A stretch of DNA of 64,000 nt from a virus. The position numbers were made by a program, and so were the translations under genes. Numbering within the stretch: the first letter of the stretch is position 1; each line of letters begins with the position of its first letter. Below the pieces are notes generated by a model that was given only the letters and a program-made list of their open reading frames with translations, was not told the DNA's origin and did not search any database. Of the stretch, positions 21,301 to 32,160 are shown piece after piece. Location: IMG/VR virus record IMGVR_UViG_3300046777_001575, positions 1 to 64,000 of that record. One strand, written 5' to 3'.

Positions 21301-24300
21301 ATTTTGTGCTGCAACACCAATTGACTCAGAAGTTGCACCACTAAACTTTGTAATAATATTCATCATCTTTGGAGCAATATCTTTATTGTCTGTTGCTAAC
21401 TGAAGAAGGCTTCTAAACACTGCTGGAGGTATATCGCCACTTGCCATCTTTGCCTGAATCAAGAACTCTTGTCCACTATCAATAGCACCAGACTTTCTCA
21501 AATCTCCTGCTTGCTGATTAACAACATCAAGATAAGCCAATTGATTTGGATCATTCTTATATTTTGCAGTAGTAGCCTTTTTCATTCCAGACATCATTGC
21601 TTCTTGAAGTCCTCCAGCACTATTGTACTGGCTAACAATGTCTCCTTGCAATGCTGCTTGGGCACCTGTTAGTTTATCTCTTTCTTTGATATACCTGGTT
21701 TGCATTTCATTGGCTTCATTAATTTTACCCTGCAACTTTAACTCTTCAATTTTCTTTTGATAATACATATCAAATGAATCAAGCATTTGCTTGTTTTGCT
21801 CCATAGCAATTTTTGCATCAACTGCATATGCTGCTCCTAAAGTCCCTGCTTGTTTTGTAAATTTCTTTGATGCAAAATAGCCTCCGATAGCACCTGCTGC
21901 TGCACCAATTCCTCCACCAATTATTGCTCCAACAACGTTTCCAACTACTGGAACAGCGGTACCAATTGCTCCACCAATTGCTGCGCCTGCTGCTGCTCCT
22001 CCAAGAGCAGAAGCACCTATTCCAACCTTTTGCATTGTTTTTTGTCCAGCAAGTTTGGTTATAGGATTTGCATTTTGAATATTTGAGATACTGCTCTTCA
22101 TATTCTTAGAATTTTCTTGAATCATTTTCATTCTAATTTCAAGCGGCTTATCTAAAAGGTTTTCTCCATTAGGTCCTAGAAGACTTTCTAGTTGAGCAAT
22201 AACCTTAAGACCAATTGACATGTCTCCTGCTTGTCTTGCAGCATTCATTGCTAAACTCTTTGCCTGACCTATATCCATAGCACCTGACATAATTGCAGAA
22301 GATAACTGACTGCTCAAATCTTTTACTGCAACATTTCCCTTGCCTGCAGCATTTTGTTCAGCAATTCTCTTTGTTAATGCTTTACCTTCTGCAGTCTGAG
22401 TAAATGCTTCTCCATACGTTGTCTTTCCTGTTGCTGGACCAAGCATTGAAAAAGAGTTTTTGCGTCTCAGGTCCATTTGTTCAGATGCTGTTACTTTACC
22501 ACTAAACTTTGCTATTTCATTAATTGCAGAAGTTGTTCCTTTAAACTTTTCGCTTTCTTCCAATACCTTTTTCTGTGCTCCGTCAAATGCCATTCTTAGC
22601 GCAACAAAGGATCCAACTGTTGCTGCAAGACCAATTGCTAGTGCTGCTGCTGGACTCTTTAGCATTGGCAAAATCATTGACAATCCCATTAAAGGCATCA
22701 TAACCTTTTGTGATATTTCTCCAACTTTGCCTGGGGCCATAGATCCAATCATTGCTGCTCCAGAAGCAATTCCTACTGCTCCCCCAAGACCCATCCCTGG
22801 TCGTTTACCTGCATCAATTCTTGCTTGTCTTTTTGCTGCTCTATTTTCAGCAAACTTAGTTAATCTTCCCATTGGCGTTCTTGCTTTTGCTTCTGCTGCT
22901 GCTCTTGCATCAATAATTGATTGCTGGTATGCAACCTTTGCAGCCAACTTACTTCTTTTTTCTTCTAATGCTGCTTGTTTTCTTCTTCCCCGCATAACTG
23001 GATCAATTGGTCCAGTAGTTCCATACATAGCAGTTTTGTTTGCATTAATTCTTGCTTGTGTTCTTGCTTCTGCTCTTTGTCTTTTTTCAATTTGGCGACG
23101 TAAAGATTTTGCATCAGCATCTATTGGTCCTGTTCCATACAACAATGTTCTTGATGCTGCTGCTGCTGATTGAGAAAGAGTTGTTCCGATTGTACTACCA
23201 ACAGATCTTGCTTCTGCAATAGATCCTCTTGCTCCATCTATTAATGCTGTTGCTACTGTGCTCCTTGCTTCTGGTGCATCGGATTTTCCACGCAAGACCA
23301 TAGGCTTTTGACGAATTTTTGGCTCTGTTGATGCTGGGGCTAGTCTTGTATCCTTTGTACTTCCAGTAGATGACTTAACTCCAGCAGGCTTACTTGTTGT
23401 CTTTGGTTTTTTTGTTTTTCCAGTTTTTGGATCTTCTACTACTTCGTCTGGTTTAATTAAAATAGATGTATGAAGTTTGTGTATTTTTTTCCAATCAACC
23501 TTTTTACCTTCTCTAAGTCTATCGACCATTGCTTGATAATATGGTCTTTCTTCTGGACTAAGGTCCATAGTTGCTAGTGTTTTTTCTAGTTTAGGTAAAA
23601 CTCTATCAATTTCAGCATTCATTGCATTGTGATATTCTTGAGCAGTCATCCCCTTTGCAATATCTGCTGTTGCGTTTCCAAACCAGAATGGAGATTTTCC
23701 TGCTGCAGGGCCCTTAACACCACTCAGGTTTATTTTTGCCATCTCTTCCATTGAAGGAAGATTTTTTACAAAGTCTCTCTTGCCAGATGCTCTATCAAAT
23801 ACTCCTGCTGCTCCAACATCTGCAATAACATTTCCACCTAAGTTTCCAGCCTTTAGGTCTTTGTCTATTCTAAGGTTTGCTGCTACAAGTTGTCTAAAAT
23901 ACTGTTCTTTTGTAAAGTTCTTGCCCATCTTTGAAGAATCAAACCTTGCATCATATGGAGACTCTAATACAATTATCTTTCTCTTACCGCTTGGGTCTGT
24001 AGGATCAATCATTGTCCTTACAGTTTGTTTTGGAGCATCTAGTCCATGAACATCACGAGCAATTTGAGTTGCTCTTTGTTCTGCAAGTGCTCCCTTTTCA
24101 TCAAGCATAGGCTTAACAAATACTCTTGATCCATCTGGCTTTTCATATAGTCCACCTAGGCCACTAACAGGGAAACTGAATCCAGTAGTTGGAGAGATCT
24201 GTTTTCCAAAGTCTGTTGGAGATAACTTGCCAGACTTGGTTTTTGCTGCCTCTTTTGCAATATCCTTTAGTATCTTTACATTCTTTGCTTGGCTTGGGTT

Positions 24301-27240
24301 TGCTGCTCTTTTTGCTGCTTCATCACTTCTGCGCTTAGATTCTTCATCTTGGCTTATTGATACACGATGACCAGAGCCAAGTCTGTTCATATTTACAACA
24401 GTTCCATCATTAAGTGTAACAGTTGAAGATCCAGTCTTAACAGCCCCACTCTTTTTGCTTACTCTTTCTTCAATAGTAAATGATTTGATAAGTCCCTTTT
24501 CAACTGCATTACTAAGAATCTTTCTGCTTTCTTCTGGAGTTGTTCCAAGACCTTTTCCAAGCAAGAACTTTGTAGATGTTTGATACAACTTTTGAGCATC
24601 CCTATATACAGTGCTTGAAGCAATCTCTGGACGTTCTGCTGGAATTCTCTTTGTAAAAATGTCACGAACTAAATTATCATTTACTCCTTTTATCTTCCCA
24701 TCTGCAAAATCTTGTTTAATTATTTCAATTATTGCACGATCCATTGCCTCAACACTTGCTGCTGGAAGTCTAGAAGGGCTCCACTTTCCTGGACCAAGTT
24801 TTTCCCACTCGGCTATAAATATTTTTGGATCTACACCTGCACTAGAAGTCATAGACTTATTTAAGTGCTCTGGGAAAGTAAATGCAAGTTTATGAAGTGT
24901 GGCTGTTGTTGCTGGAAGACCCTGTGATTTTAAAATTGCTTCAAGTGCTCTAAGTTTACCCTTTTGATCATCAGACAGAAACGCATTATCTCTTATGATG
25001 TCAGAAATAAGTTTTTGTTCACTCTTTCCACCAACGTGTGTGATATTTGTTTTTGTTGCTACATCTACTCCAGTGCTTCCCTCATTAAATCCCTGTACTT
25101 TTCTACCTGCAACCAATTGTGCAATCATTGGTCTGTTTGCTGGATCTTGTGCTGATTTTGCTGGAATAACTGCTTCTCCAGGTGTAAGCATTGTTGGAAC
25201 AGAGTCGGTATTACCGCTTCCTGGAACTTGCGTAGTTCCTGTAGAATACTTCTTTAGTCCTGGACCCTTACCTCCACCTTTAACTGGACCCGTGAAGCCT
25301 ATTTGTGCTGCAATTGCTCTCTTATATGCTGATGCAAGTGAGTTAACTGCTGCTGCCTCAGAAGTAAATGTTTGTTGAAGTCTTTGATGTACTTGGTCAA
25401 GGGATGCAGCAACTGCTGATGCTTCTAACTGCTCTTTAGTTAGATAAGATGTTTGTTCTCCTAAAATCTTGCTTGTATTTCCAGTTTTGTTATACATTGA
25501 CTTCATGCTTGCAAAAAGTTTAATAATGTTTGCAGCAGCGTTTGCTATCAAACCAAATGTCATAAGGAGAACTGGACCAATTCCAGCAACTGCAACAGTT
25601 AAAATAGTAATAAACTTCTTTGTTCCATCTCCAAGGTTGTTAAACTTATCAAGAACTTTGCCAACAAACTCAACTATAGGGGTAAGTGCTTTTAAGAATT
25701 GTTCTCCTACTGGAGCAAGAGAAGTTTTAAGATCTTCCATAGATTTCTTAAACTTATATGTTGTTGTATTTTGAATCTTATCTAATTCTCGCTGTGACAA
25801 GATAGCAAGTTCTTCTGTAGTTGCCCTTGTTAGACCTAATACTCTTTGCGCTTGTGTACCTTGCGCTGTTACGTTCTGAAATAATGTAGATAGTCTTGAG
25901 AACTGGAACTTACCAAACAACTGTTCAATAGCACGAGCACGATTAAGTGGATCTAAGGTATCTAGTGCCTGTGCAAAACCAACAACAGTAGCCTTTATGT
26001 CTCCCTTATTTGCTTCAACAATGCCACGAATATTAACACCAAGATTTCCAAGCATCTTTGCTGCTTTATCAGATGGATTAATTAATGATGCAAGACCAGA
26101 CTTTAGTGCGTTAGCACCTTCTGATGCGTTGATTCCACCTTCCTTCATTGCTGTAAGGAAGAATGCCAAATCTTCTACATCTCCACCAAGTTGCTTAACA
26201 ACTGGACCAGCCTTTGGAATTGCAACTGTTAAGTCTTCAATTGATACAACAGTTTGGTTTTCAACTGCGTTAAGAAAGTCAATTTTCTTTGCAAGATCTG
26301 CTGAGGCAACACCAAACGCATTTGTTACCGATATTGTTGTTTCCAATGCCTGTGTTTGTTCAACTCCACCAAGAACTGCAAGCCTTGTTGCCTGTGCAAC
26401 CTGTGCAGTTAGTTCTGCCCCCATCTTACCCATTGCTGCTGCATCTGCAGCCATCTTCATGGTGTCTTCAACTGCAACTCCATACTTGGTATATTCTTTA
26501 GCAAGAGTTTGAATCTGCTTTATCATTGCATCTGTTTCTTCTTGCGTTGTAAACATTTCTCCGTATACACGCTTGAATCTGATTGCTTGCTCTTCAAGTT
26601 GCATAAATGTCTTTGAAGCCTGTGCTCCAAGCATTGCCAATGGGACTGTGAAACCAACCATCAACTGACGGCCAGCCCACTGTGTATTCTTACCAAAATT
26701 TAGAAGATTTGTGGATCCTTGTTTTAATAGTTGATTAAGGAGTTGCTGTCTCTGTGCTGCGATTGCTGTTTGAGTGCCTAGATTCTTCATATCTAGGGTA
26801 AGAGGTCTTACAGCGATTGCCTCTAATGCACCATTTGCACCACGACCCAGTTTAATATACTGTGTCTGAATATCTTTTACACGCTCTCGTGCAACCTTGT
26901 TTATTGTTTCAAACTCAGACCTAAATAGTCTTCCAAAGGTTTTTGTGGCTGCTCCAGTGTATCTAAAATATTCTCTGGATGTTAACTTGTTACGTTCTAA
27001 CGCATCAGTAAAATGCTCTGTGCTTGTTGTTACTTGTCGCATAGATGCCTGGAATTGTCCAGTAGCATTTATTGCGTTCATCAAGTTTTTTGCTTGATTT
27101 GCTGATACTGCTGCTGCTGCAGTACCAGACTTTGCCATTTGTGTATGGAAGGCTGATATTTGACGTTGTAGAAGTTTTAGACTTGCTAAAGCATCCGACG
27201 TATCAATATTTACATTAATATTGGATTGAATATCAGCCAT
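18292..27240 (-). CDS. Tape measure protein (2982 aa) with internal kinase-like domain and Pro/Thr tract
   Basis: Very long Ala/Lys/Gln-rich helical ORF following the tail chaperones; tape-measure core near the N-terminus; Gly-rich hydrophobic segments. Confidence 0.93.
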   Translation of the reverse strand: MADIQSNINVNIDTSDALASLKLLQRQISAFHTQMAKSGTAAAAVSANQAKNLMNAINATGQFQASMRQVTTSTEHFTDALERNKLTSREYFRYTGAATKTFGRLFRSEFETINKVARERVKDIQTQYIKLGRGANGALEAIAVRPLTLDMKNLGTQTAIAAQRQQLLNQLLKQGSTNLLNFGKNTQWAGRQLMVGFTVPLAMLGAQASKTFMQLEEQAIRFKRVYGEMFTTQEETDAMIKQIQTLAKEYTKYGVAVEDTMKMAADAAAMGKMGAELTAQVAQATRLAVLGGVEQTQALETTISVTNAFGVASADLAKKIDFLNAVENQTVVSIEDLTVAIPKAGPVVKQLGGDVEDLAFFLTAMKEGGINASEGANALKSGLASLINPSDKAAKMLGNLGVNIRGIVEANKGDIKATVVGFAQALDTLDPLNRARAIEQLFGKFQFSRLSTLFQNVTAQGTQAQRVLGLTRATTEELAILSQRELDKIQNTTTYKFKKSMEDLKTSLAPVGEQFLKALTPIVEFVGKVLDKFNNLGDGTKKFITILTVAVAGIGPVLLMTFGLIANAAANIIKLFASMKSMYNKTGNTSKILGEQTSYLTKEQLEASAVAASLDQVHQRLQQTFTSEAAAVNSLASAYKRAIAAQIGFTGPVKGGGKGPGLKKYSTGTTQVPGSGNTDSVPTMLTPGEAVIPAKSAQDPANRPMIAQLVAGRKVQGFNEGSTGVDVATKTNITHVGGKSEQKLISDIIRDNAFLSDDQKGKLRALEAILKSQGLPATTATLHKLAFTFPEHLNKSMTSSAGVDPKIFIAEWEKLGPGKWSPSRLPAASVEAMDRAIIEIIKQDFADGKIKGVNDNLVRDIFTKRIPAERPEIASSTVYRDAQKLYQTSTKFLLGKGLGTTPEESRKILSNAVEKGLIKSFTIEERVSKKSGAVKTGSSTVTLNDGTVVNMNRLGSGHRVSISQDEESKRRSDEAAKRAANPSQAKNVKILKDIAKEAAKTKSGKLSPTDFGKQISPTTGFSFPVSGLGGLYEKPDGSRVFVKPMLDEKGALAEQRATQIARDVHGLDAPKQTVRTMIDPTDPSGKRKIIVLESPYDARFDSSKMGKNFTKEQYFRQLVAANLRIDKDLKAGNLGGNVIADVGAAGVFDRASGKRDFVKNLPSMEEMAKINLSGVKGPAAGKSPFWFGNATADIAKGMTAQEYHNAMNAEIDRVLPKLEKTLATMDLSPEERPYYQAMVDRLREGKKVDWKKIHKLHTSILIKPDEVVEDPKTGKTKKPKTTSKPAGVKSSTGSTKDTRLAPASTEPKIRQKPMVLRGKSDAPEARSTVATALIDGARGSIAEARSVGSTIGTTLSQSAAAASRTLLYGTGPIDADAKSLRRQIEKRQRAEARTQARINANKTAMYGTTGPIDPVMRGRRKQAALEEKRSKLAAKVAYQQSIIDARAAAEAKARTPMGRLTKFAENRAAKRQARIDAGKRPGMGLGGAVGIASGAAMIGSMAPGKVGEISQKVMMPLMGLSMILPMLKSPAAALAIGLAATVGSFVALRMAFDGAQKKVLEESEKFKGTTSAINEIAKFSGKVTASEQMDLRRKNSFSMLGPATGKTTYGEAFTQTAEGKALTKRIAEQNAAGKGNVAVKDLSSQLSSAIMSGAMDIGQAKSLAMNAARQAGDMSIGLKVIAQLESLLGPNGENLLDKPLEIRMKMIQENSKNMKSSISNIQNANPITKLAGQKTMQKVGIGASALGGAAAGAAIGGAIGTAVPVVGNVVGAIIGGGIGAAAGAIGGYFASKKFTKQAGTLGAAYAVDAKIAMEQNKQMLDSFDMYYQKKIEELKLQGKINEANEMQTRYIKERDKLTGAQAALQGDIVSQYNSAGGLQEAMMSGMKKATTAKYKNDPNQLAYLDVVNQQAGDLRKSGAIDSGQEFLIQAKMASGDIPPAVFRSLLQLATDNKDIAPKMMNIITKFSGATSESIGVAAQNILGADNKINKTVQTKFITKVEAFEKDSDALDFTKNIIKLNNLNAVIPSDVMVSYYIDPKNKEAYDRLNKMLDSIEGSKDLTAKIVYEIMPQVKGTAAFDEAYFNTLTEDQQKVYTTTISTLINVPEPQILESEDFKAWRKETGPRGGAGITGSKSYIVQKYIEAQGNKAVVDNVQVNTNAPTGGNTGGGSKVEASPLDDLVKKLRDVRMNQIKVTEGWSASRKALDKLFGGSKTINVFSGIENDIRALGGSQDLIELIVGMDPKEYEKRKNSLFKFDNKGNIIALKRDAKNIQEALYSITMGDFNSSMEEESKALSNQTIAFDKLSKLGVPVANAYELISDKTIAAAIANGVNDKTLKSLIAKYKALTIAQEKAAAVSGIKTDIAQFKKDRVQENRIRQQYSSETAFAIGSDENLRSMENAIAAQQSRINSLISKGADRAQIIAAQNELNKMVSDFNERLNQLKSTIGFMQDMFDQGFSNAMEAFDVEETALQIKFNLDTKESNKIIEEAQNTIAGIQYKIDDKEASLKAIEDQEQKINEKYDERIKALDDVEKANAAIANQQRGQLTLAEALTSGDIAAAARAAQEMRAQQAADAVTKQREALEQSRQYELNSVKAYDPVTKTYRTRKELESDIKDLQNEIFDLEEKKIEPAQEFIRLKQIQLKTDIENLTVLGKTRDAWEAIKNQVDLAMVRSKQFIESMQLALNTQDKLIQAYNNQQSSGNDAITGATSGTPEPTPTPEPTPEPTPEPTPTPDPTPTPKPDPTPTPKPDPTPDPTPTPNPTPNPTPNPVPTPKPTATTTPTFNPLGGSPLTKTTSVPSVGWNLGVNQPIAKVVAAVTKPATAVVKTVASTVSTVAKAVATGVSNVASAVKNIVTKPVATVTNALKSVFGRFGFSMGGIVPPKYFASGGFARGTDTIPAMLTPGEFIMSKYAVDTHGVDTLRAMNSGKNPGGAVYNNTYTLTVNAKTDANPNEIAQAVMSTIRQTEDRRIRGIGISGRRN
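18900..19102 (-). repeat. Pro/Thr tandem tract ([14 protein letters not shown]) in tape measure
   Basis: Degenerate repeats such as ggtgtaggggta and ggtgttggattt on the + strand. Confidence 0.9.
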
Positions 27241-27258
27241 CCATTAACACCTCGTTAT

Positions 27259-27585
27259 TTAGTTGTTTGCAAGATTGCCTAGCAAAGTTGCGTCAGAAAG
27301 TTTAATTCCTGATGCTTCTTCAACAATCTTGTATACAGTTGGAAGATCTAGATTTTCTTCTAAGGCTTCCTTGTCTTCCGCCAATTCTGGCTTGTACTGT
27401 TGCATTGCGATTTGTACACAGTCCATGAGCAAATCCATAGACTTTTCGTTATCTTCTGCGACCTTTGCAATATCTTCAAACTTCTTCATAAATGGACGAA
27501 GTAGAGAGATCTTTAGTGGTCGGACCTTGACTTTTGTACCGTCAATTAGTGTTACTGTCTTTTCTTCTGTTGTGGCGGTTGCCAT
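27259..27585 (-). CDS. Tail assembly chaperone (short, G-like)
   Basis: Directly upstream of the tape measure; AAGGAGG RBS; paralogous to the N-terminal half of 27644-28321. Confidence 0.75.
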   Translation of the reverse strand: MATATTEEKTVTLIDGTKVKVRPLKISLLRPFMKKFEDIAKVAEDNEKSMDLLMDCVQIAMQQYKPELAEDKEALEENLDLPTVYKIVEEASGIKLSDATLLGNLANN

Positions 27586-27643
27586 CTATTCCTCCTTATA
27601 AGGTTTAGTCAATTATACCATAGGACAGGCTTATTTTTTGTTA

Positions 27644-28321
27644 TTAATAACTTTCATAATCAAGACCCATTCCTATACCAAAACCAGCCTTTTCTGCATT
27701 TTTACCTTGTAGGGCAAGTATGTCATTTCCATCACTCACTGCACCCTTGCTAAAAACCCTGGCTTTCATATCTTCCCATGCATTGCTATTTCCAGAATTT
27801 TTATCTAAATCTACACCCTGCATAGCAGCAGAAAACTTTTTGTCAGAATAGTCTAGTTCTCTTTTAATTTGTAATGTAGCGGTCAACTCTTGCATTGATA
27901 AAGAAGACTCTAATTCTTCATAATCTTTCCATATACCAAGCAAAAAAACCTCGGACTCTAATTTAGCCAAATCCAATGTCTCCCAACTGGATCCACTTTC
28001 TACCGCTTGAGATTTTACTGTATCTTCTGACTTTTCATTAATTTTGATTCCTGCTGCTATATCAATAATTTCATATATTGTAGGCAAATCAAGATTATCT
28101 TCTAATTGCTCTATTGTTTTTATTGATGGATAGTATTGTTGCATTGTAACAAGAGCACATTCAGCCAATATAGCAATTGACTCATCATCTGTTTTTGCTT
28201 CTTTAATCTTTTCAAATGTTTCTAAAAACTCTCTAAGATATTTTATTTTTAAAGGAGCAGCAATAATTATGCTGTCATCTATTAAAGATATTTTTTTAGT
28301 ATCGTATATTTTAGTTGCCAT
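27644..28321 (-). CDS. Tail assembly chaperone (long, GT-like)
   Basis: Between major tail and tape measure; N-terminal ~100 aa align by eye with the short chaperone. Confidence 0.7.
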   Translation of the reverse strand: MATKIYDTKKISLIDDSIIIAAPLKIKYLREFLETFEKIKEAKTDDESIAILAECALVTMQQYYPSIKTIEQLEDNLDLPTIYEIIDIAAGIKINEKSEDTVKSQAVESGSSWETLDLAKLESEVFLLGIWKDYEELESSLSMQELTATLQIKRELDYSDKKFSAAMQGVDLDKNSGNSNAWEDMKARVFSKGAVSDGNDILALQGKNAEKAGFGIGMGLDYESY

Positions 28322-28334
28322 TATATAAGTATAT

Positions 28335-28372
28335 CAAACAGAAAGGCCCAACCCCGAAGGATTGAGCCTCTC
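28335..28372 (-). terminator. Rho-independent terminator after the major tail gene
   Basis: Minus strand GAGAGGCTCAATCC-TTCG-GGGTTGGGCCTTTC-TGTTT (UUCG tetraloop). Confidence 0.85.
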
Positions 28373-28387
28373 ATATATTAAGTTGTA

Positions 28388-29044
28388 TTATGCTGTTAGG
28401 GAACGATCTACGATCTTTCCGTATGACGCATTGTCGTTTGGAAGAAGACGGAATGATACTTCAAACATTGAAGCCTCATCACGCTTTGCTGATACTGTAA
28501 CATTCTCAATTGAGAGTGCACGGTATGCAACATAGATTCTTTCCTTTGGCTCTAGAGAAGAACCAGAACCTGGTCCTACTGCTACGAGTCCACGCTCTAG
28601 CGGAACGTCACCGATATCACCAGCAGACATCTTGAGTTGTGAAACTCCTGATGCTGTTGTTAGATCTGAGTCGTCTCCAGCAATTGCTACTAGAAGATTT
28701 TCTAGTGTTGCTTCTGCGAATGCAGTGTTTAGATTAACTGTCATACCTTGCTTGAACAAACGAGCAACGTCGAGAAGTTGGTCTACTGCTACTTCACCGA
28801 AATCAGGCTGGAATGCGAGTTCCAAACCATTTGATGTGTATCCTACGTTGGTATAGTCATTATTTGATGACAATGTATCCTTGTAAGATGTTGTGGATGC
28901 TGTGAATACTGGAAGATCTGCTGATGCTTGAGTATCAGTAATTGCTCCAGTTAATGCTTCGTATCCAATTGGACCTGCATCATGTGTAAAAAGTGCTGCT
29001 GCACCCACGATGATGTTACTACTTGAACCACGGCTGTATGCCAT
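28388..29044 (-). CDS. Major tail protein
   Basis: NIIVGAA...VGYTSNGLEL...VDQLLD...AFAEATLENL; position, followed by a terminator. Confidence 0.85.
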   Translation of the reverse strand: MAYSRGSSSNIIVGAAALFTHDAGPIGYEALTGAITDTQASADLPVFTASTTSYKDTLSSNNDYTNVGYTSNGLELAFQPDFGEVAVDQLLDVARLFKQGMTVNLNTAFAEATLENLLVAIAGDDSDLTTASGVSQLKMSAGDIGDVPLERGLVAVGPGSGSSLEPKERIYVAYRALSIENVTVSAKRDEASMFEVSFRLLPNDNASYGKIVDRSLTA

Positions 29045-29109
29045 ATATTCTCACCTCTTTCATTTTATTAAAAGGGGGTTTGTTTCCTCATCATAATTAT
29101 ACTACCCTT

Positions 29110-29640
29110 TTATGATGGATTTATTGGATGCCAGTCATAGTCGATAATGATCTTATTCCCCGCATAAGTACGGGCTGTACCAAAGTCAATAATATCTCTT
29201 GCTTCCTCAAGTTGATATATCTTAAAGTTGTGGAAAAACAGTGGTTTAGACTCATTTGACCAAAGGGCCTCATTTTGTGCTGCCCACTCATTTATATCTT
29301 TTGCAGAATCATCTGCATTGTCCAATAAATCACTTACCATTTGCTGTATATAAACCATCTGCTCAGATGGACTCCAACCTTTACTTACATTTCCTGTAGC
29401 ATAAAAATAGTACAAAACTTGTTCACATTTTATGTATGGAAATGGAGTTCTTCTCATTCTAAACATTCTGTCATATACTCCAAACAGTCCATTTGTATCT
29501 GGAAAAGTTTGAGTTAGTGAGTCAAGATCTGTTGGTAGTGTTGGAAAAAAATAAGTTGTTTCGTCTGTGCCAAACCTTTCATCAACTTTTGATGCCAAGT
29601 ATTTATTAATTATTGTTGGGGGATGATGTACTAATGCCAT
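29110..29640 (-). CDS. Tail terminator / head-tail joining protein (putative)
   Basis: Synteny: directly upstream of the major tail gene. Confidence 0.55.
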   Translation of the reverse strand: MALVHHPPTIINKYLASKVDERFGTDETTYFFPTLPTDLDSLTQTFPDTNGLFGVYDRMFRMRRTPFPYIKCEQVLYYFYATGNVSKGWSPSEQMVYIQQMVSDLLDNADDSAKDINEWAAQNEALWSNESKPLFFHNFKIYQLEEARDIIDFGTARTYAGNKIIIDYDWHPINPS

Positions 29641-30314
29641 TATGCACCTACCCCTGCATTAGCAATCCAGCGATAGCCAGTTGATACGCCCTTTGTCTTA
29701 CCCATCTTTTTGCCTGCTTGCAAATTCTTTTTATATACTTGTGGGTTTTCAAGATACTGTGCGATTCCACTTACTCTTAAGAATGCTTGAGAAAAATATC
29801 TATTAAAGAACATATCAAACACTTTTTCAAAACCACCCTGAACTTCTGTTCCTCCAGGATTTAAAACTTCTACTGGTCCCTGTGTAAATACTGTCTCTCC
29901 ATTTTCTTCAAATGCTAAAACTTGTGCAGTTCTAGGTCTTATTGTGACTGGTATCCCCTGTTCCATAATTCTAGCCTTATCATAAAATGGTGTTCTAGAA
30001 CCATTTTTAATTGATGTTGATTGACTAAACGAAGACTTAAAAGAAAGGCCTAGATTGCTGGTTGTATAAGATATATCATATAGTCTTGCGCTTGGACTTC
30101 CTGTTTGGTTCCACTCATATATATGATGTAGCATATCTGGGTTAACTCTTGCATTTGAGTCAATAAATTCTTTCATTAATTCTACCGTTTCCATTCCTAC
30201 TGTTTTTAAGAATATAGTTTTTCCTCTTTGAATACCATCTAAAAATCCAATAGAGTAGTCAACAATGTTACTCATTTCCTTCTTAAACTGGTTAGAATTA
30301 AATACGGCTCTCAT
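29640..30314 (-). CDS. Neck/tail completion protein (putative)
   Basis: Synteny within the head-tail connector block. Confidence 0.5.
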   Translation of the reverse strand: MRAVFNSNQFKKEMSNIVDYSIGFLDGIQRGKTIFLKTVGMETVELMKEFIDSNARVNPDMLHHIYEWNQTGSPSARLYDISYTTSNLGLSFKSSFSQSTSIKNGSRTPFYDKARIMEQGIPVTIRPRTAQVLAFEENGETVFTQGPVEVLNPGGTEVQGGFEKVFDMFFNRYFSQAFLRVSGIAQYLENPQVYKKNLQAGKKMGKTKGVSTGYRWIANAGVGA

Positions 30315-30760
30315 ACGTCACCTGTTTGATTTTCTGACCTTCTGATTACTACGTTATAGGACTCAACTACTCCAAATGGTCCAACAAAAGGCTCGTATGT
30401 GGCTATTTCAAAGAGGGTCCCCTTACCAGATCTTGGACCAGAGGTCTCCATATAAACAAGGTTACCGCTTTGATCTCTGATATCTGTTATTAAGATATTG
30501 GTTAGAGAATTTTTGTTATCACGAGAAGATATTCGAATATCTGATTTTGTTCTGCCAACTAAAATTGAATTCTGTGTTATATTTACGTTTGGCTTTACTT
30601 CTTCTTTAAAAGCAGATCCGCCAGATGAAAATGTGCAAGCAAACACTCTATCTAAAACCCATTGCTTTTTTATTGCACCGTAGTTGCCTTGTTCTACTAT
30701 AGGATGATAAACTGATGCTTGAAGCGGATACATGAAGTCTGGGGTTTCGCAAACAACCAT
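30311..30760 (-). CDS. Head-to-tail stopper (putative)
   Basis: Synteny, size and beta-rich pattern. Confidence 0.55.
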   Translation of the reverse strand: MVVCETPDFMYPLQASVYHPIVEQGNYGAIKKQWVLDRVFACTFSSGGSAFKEEVKPNVNITQNSILVGRTKSDIRISSRDNKNSLTNILITDIRDQSGNLVYMETSGPRSGKGTLFEIATYEPFVGPFGVVESYNVVIRRSENQTGDV

Positions 30761-31641
30761 TATAAAACTCCAATTTTTGTAATAGACTTATTATACTTTG
30801 AGAGTATTTTGTCTACAATTATATTTCCTGTCCCCTGGAAAATACCTTTATCAAACTGAATTCTATATTGATCAGTATTGTATGAAGTAACAAATCTCTT
30901 GTAATAGTCTAACTTTCCACATTCAATATCATGAATCAGCATCTCTGTTGCTCTAACAATGTCTGATGGCACGGTAGTGTATCCATGCTCTACTACAATT
31001 CTATAGTCCCAAGTATTTCCAAACCCTCTGTACACAAACTGTGGGTCAAGTGAGTCTGAAGATGCTGCTGGTAAAACCAGTGGAGCAGATTCAGCACGAT
31101 TAATATTGTCTATTGATTTTTCAACAATTGCTGTTTTGTCTGATGTGACCTCAAACTCTCTATCTGTTACTAATTTGTTATTTTCATATACTGACAAAAC
31201 CTTCTTTACGTCATCCCATATTGGTAAGTAATCTGATCCTGTTCCTGTAAAATGTAAAACCTTTTTCTTATAATAAAATCCTTCTGGAACTATTGAATCA
31301 ATTATTGCTCTTGCAATTTCTTCATTATCAGCGTATGAAGCAATTTCTGATGCAGTACTTGCTTTATTGTTTGGATTAACATATGGCCTGGTTACCTCAT
31401 ATGTGTCATCAAAAATAATTTCATCTAAAACTTTAATTTCTACTCTATACTCAGAGTCATATCTTCCAGGTAGATTGATTGTAATTGTATCTCCCGTCGA
31501 TAGTTCTTCAAACTCTAAAGTAGAAAATGAAAGGTCCGCCATATCAGTTACCAAAACTGTAACATCTTTATCTGTAATAGATGCAGGGATAGTGTAAGTA
31601 ACTGGTATGTCTGCGTATGGCGGAACTCTCAATATATCCAT
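30760..31641 (-). CDS. Head-to-tail adaptor
   Basis: ARAIIDS...GYTTVPSDIVRATEML...VDKILSKY adaptor-like motifs. Confidence 0.7.
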   Translation of the reverse strand: MDILRVPPYADIPVTYTIPASITDKDVTVLVTDMADLSFSTLEFEELSTGDTITINLPGRYDSEYRVEIKVLDEIIFDDTYEVTRPYVNPNNKASTASEIASYADNEEIARAIIDSIVPEGFYYKKKVLHFTGTGSDYLPIWDDVKKVLSVYENNKLVTDREFEVTSDKTAIVEKSIDNINRAESAPLVLPAASSDSLDPQFVYRGFGNTWDYRIVVEHGYTTVPSDIVRATEMLIHDIECGKLDYYKRFVTSYNTDQYRIQFDKGIFQGTGNIIVDKILSKYNKSITKIGVL

Positions 31642-31644
31642 CTT

Positions 31645-32070
31645 TTATTGCCCAAAAGCCTTCTTGACTTCTTCTGGTGTAGCAATACGAACATGTGATC
31701 TTGTTAGCCACTTGTCAGCCTGTTCCTTGGTAACGATGTTGTAGCCTTTAGAAATTGCTCCAACCTCTTCCCAGCGAACACTCTTAGTTGAATGAATTGC
31801 AACCTTTTCTGAATTATCAACTTCTGGCTTGATTTCTTTCTTAGGACCATCTGCTGCCATTGACCCAATAGCACCTGTTTGTGTAAAGCCTAATGATTGA
31901 ACTGGCTCTTTTACTGCTGGTGCTTCAACTGCTTTTTCGGCAATTGGTTCTGGTGTAACTGCTTCAACGGCTGGCTCTGCTACTGACTCTGCTGGTGTTT
32001 CAACTACTGGAGTTTTAGCAGGCTCTTGCTGTTTTGCTATATATTCTGATAACGGACTATTATTTTCCAT
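31645..32070 (-). CDS. Hypothetical capsid-associated protein with E/P/A-rich linker
   Basis: Follows the major capsid gene; GGAGG RBS. Confidence 0.5.
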   Translation of the reverse strand: MENNSPLSEYIAKQQEPAKTPVVETPAESVAEPAVEAVTPEPIAEKAVEAPAVKEPVQSLGFTQTGAIGSMAADGPKKEIKPEVDNSEKVAIHSTKSVRWEEVGAISKGYNIVTKEQADKWLTRSHVRIATPEEVKKAFGQ

Positions 32071-32106
32071 TGTATCCTCCTTGTTTGTATTATATCATTA
32101 AAGTAT

Positions 32107-32143
32107 TAAGGGGGACAGGAGAGTGAACTCCCGCCCCCCATTA
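32107..32143 (-). terminator. Hairpin terminator after the major capsid gene
   Basis: Minus strand GGGGGGCGGGAG-TTCA-CTCTCCTGTCCCCC; the U-tract is weak. Confidence 0.7.
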
Positions 32144-32160
32144 AAGGTACTGTTTACAGA

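Noticed and set aside
27241-27660. Programmed -1 frameshift between the tail chaperones
   Set aside because: The long gene precedes the short one, both have their own starts and stops, and no slippery site joining them was seen.
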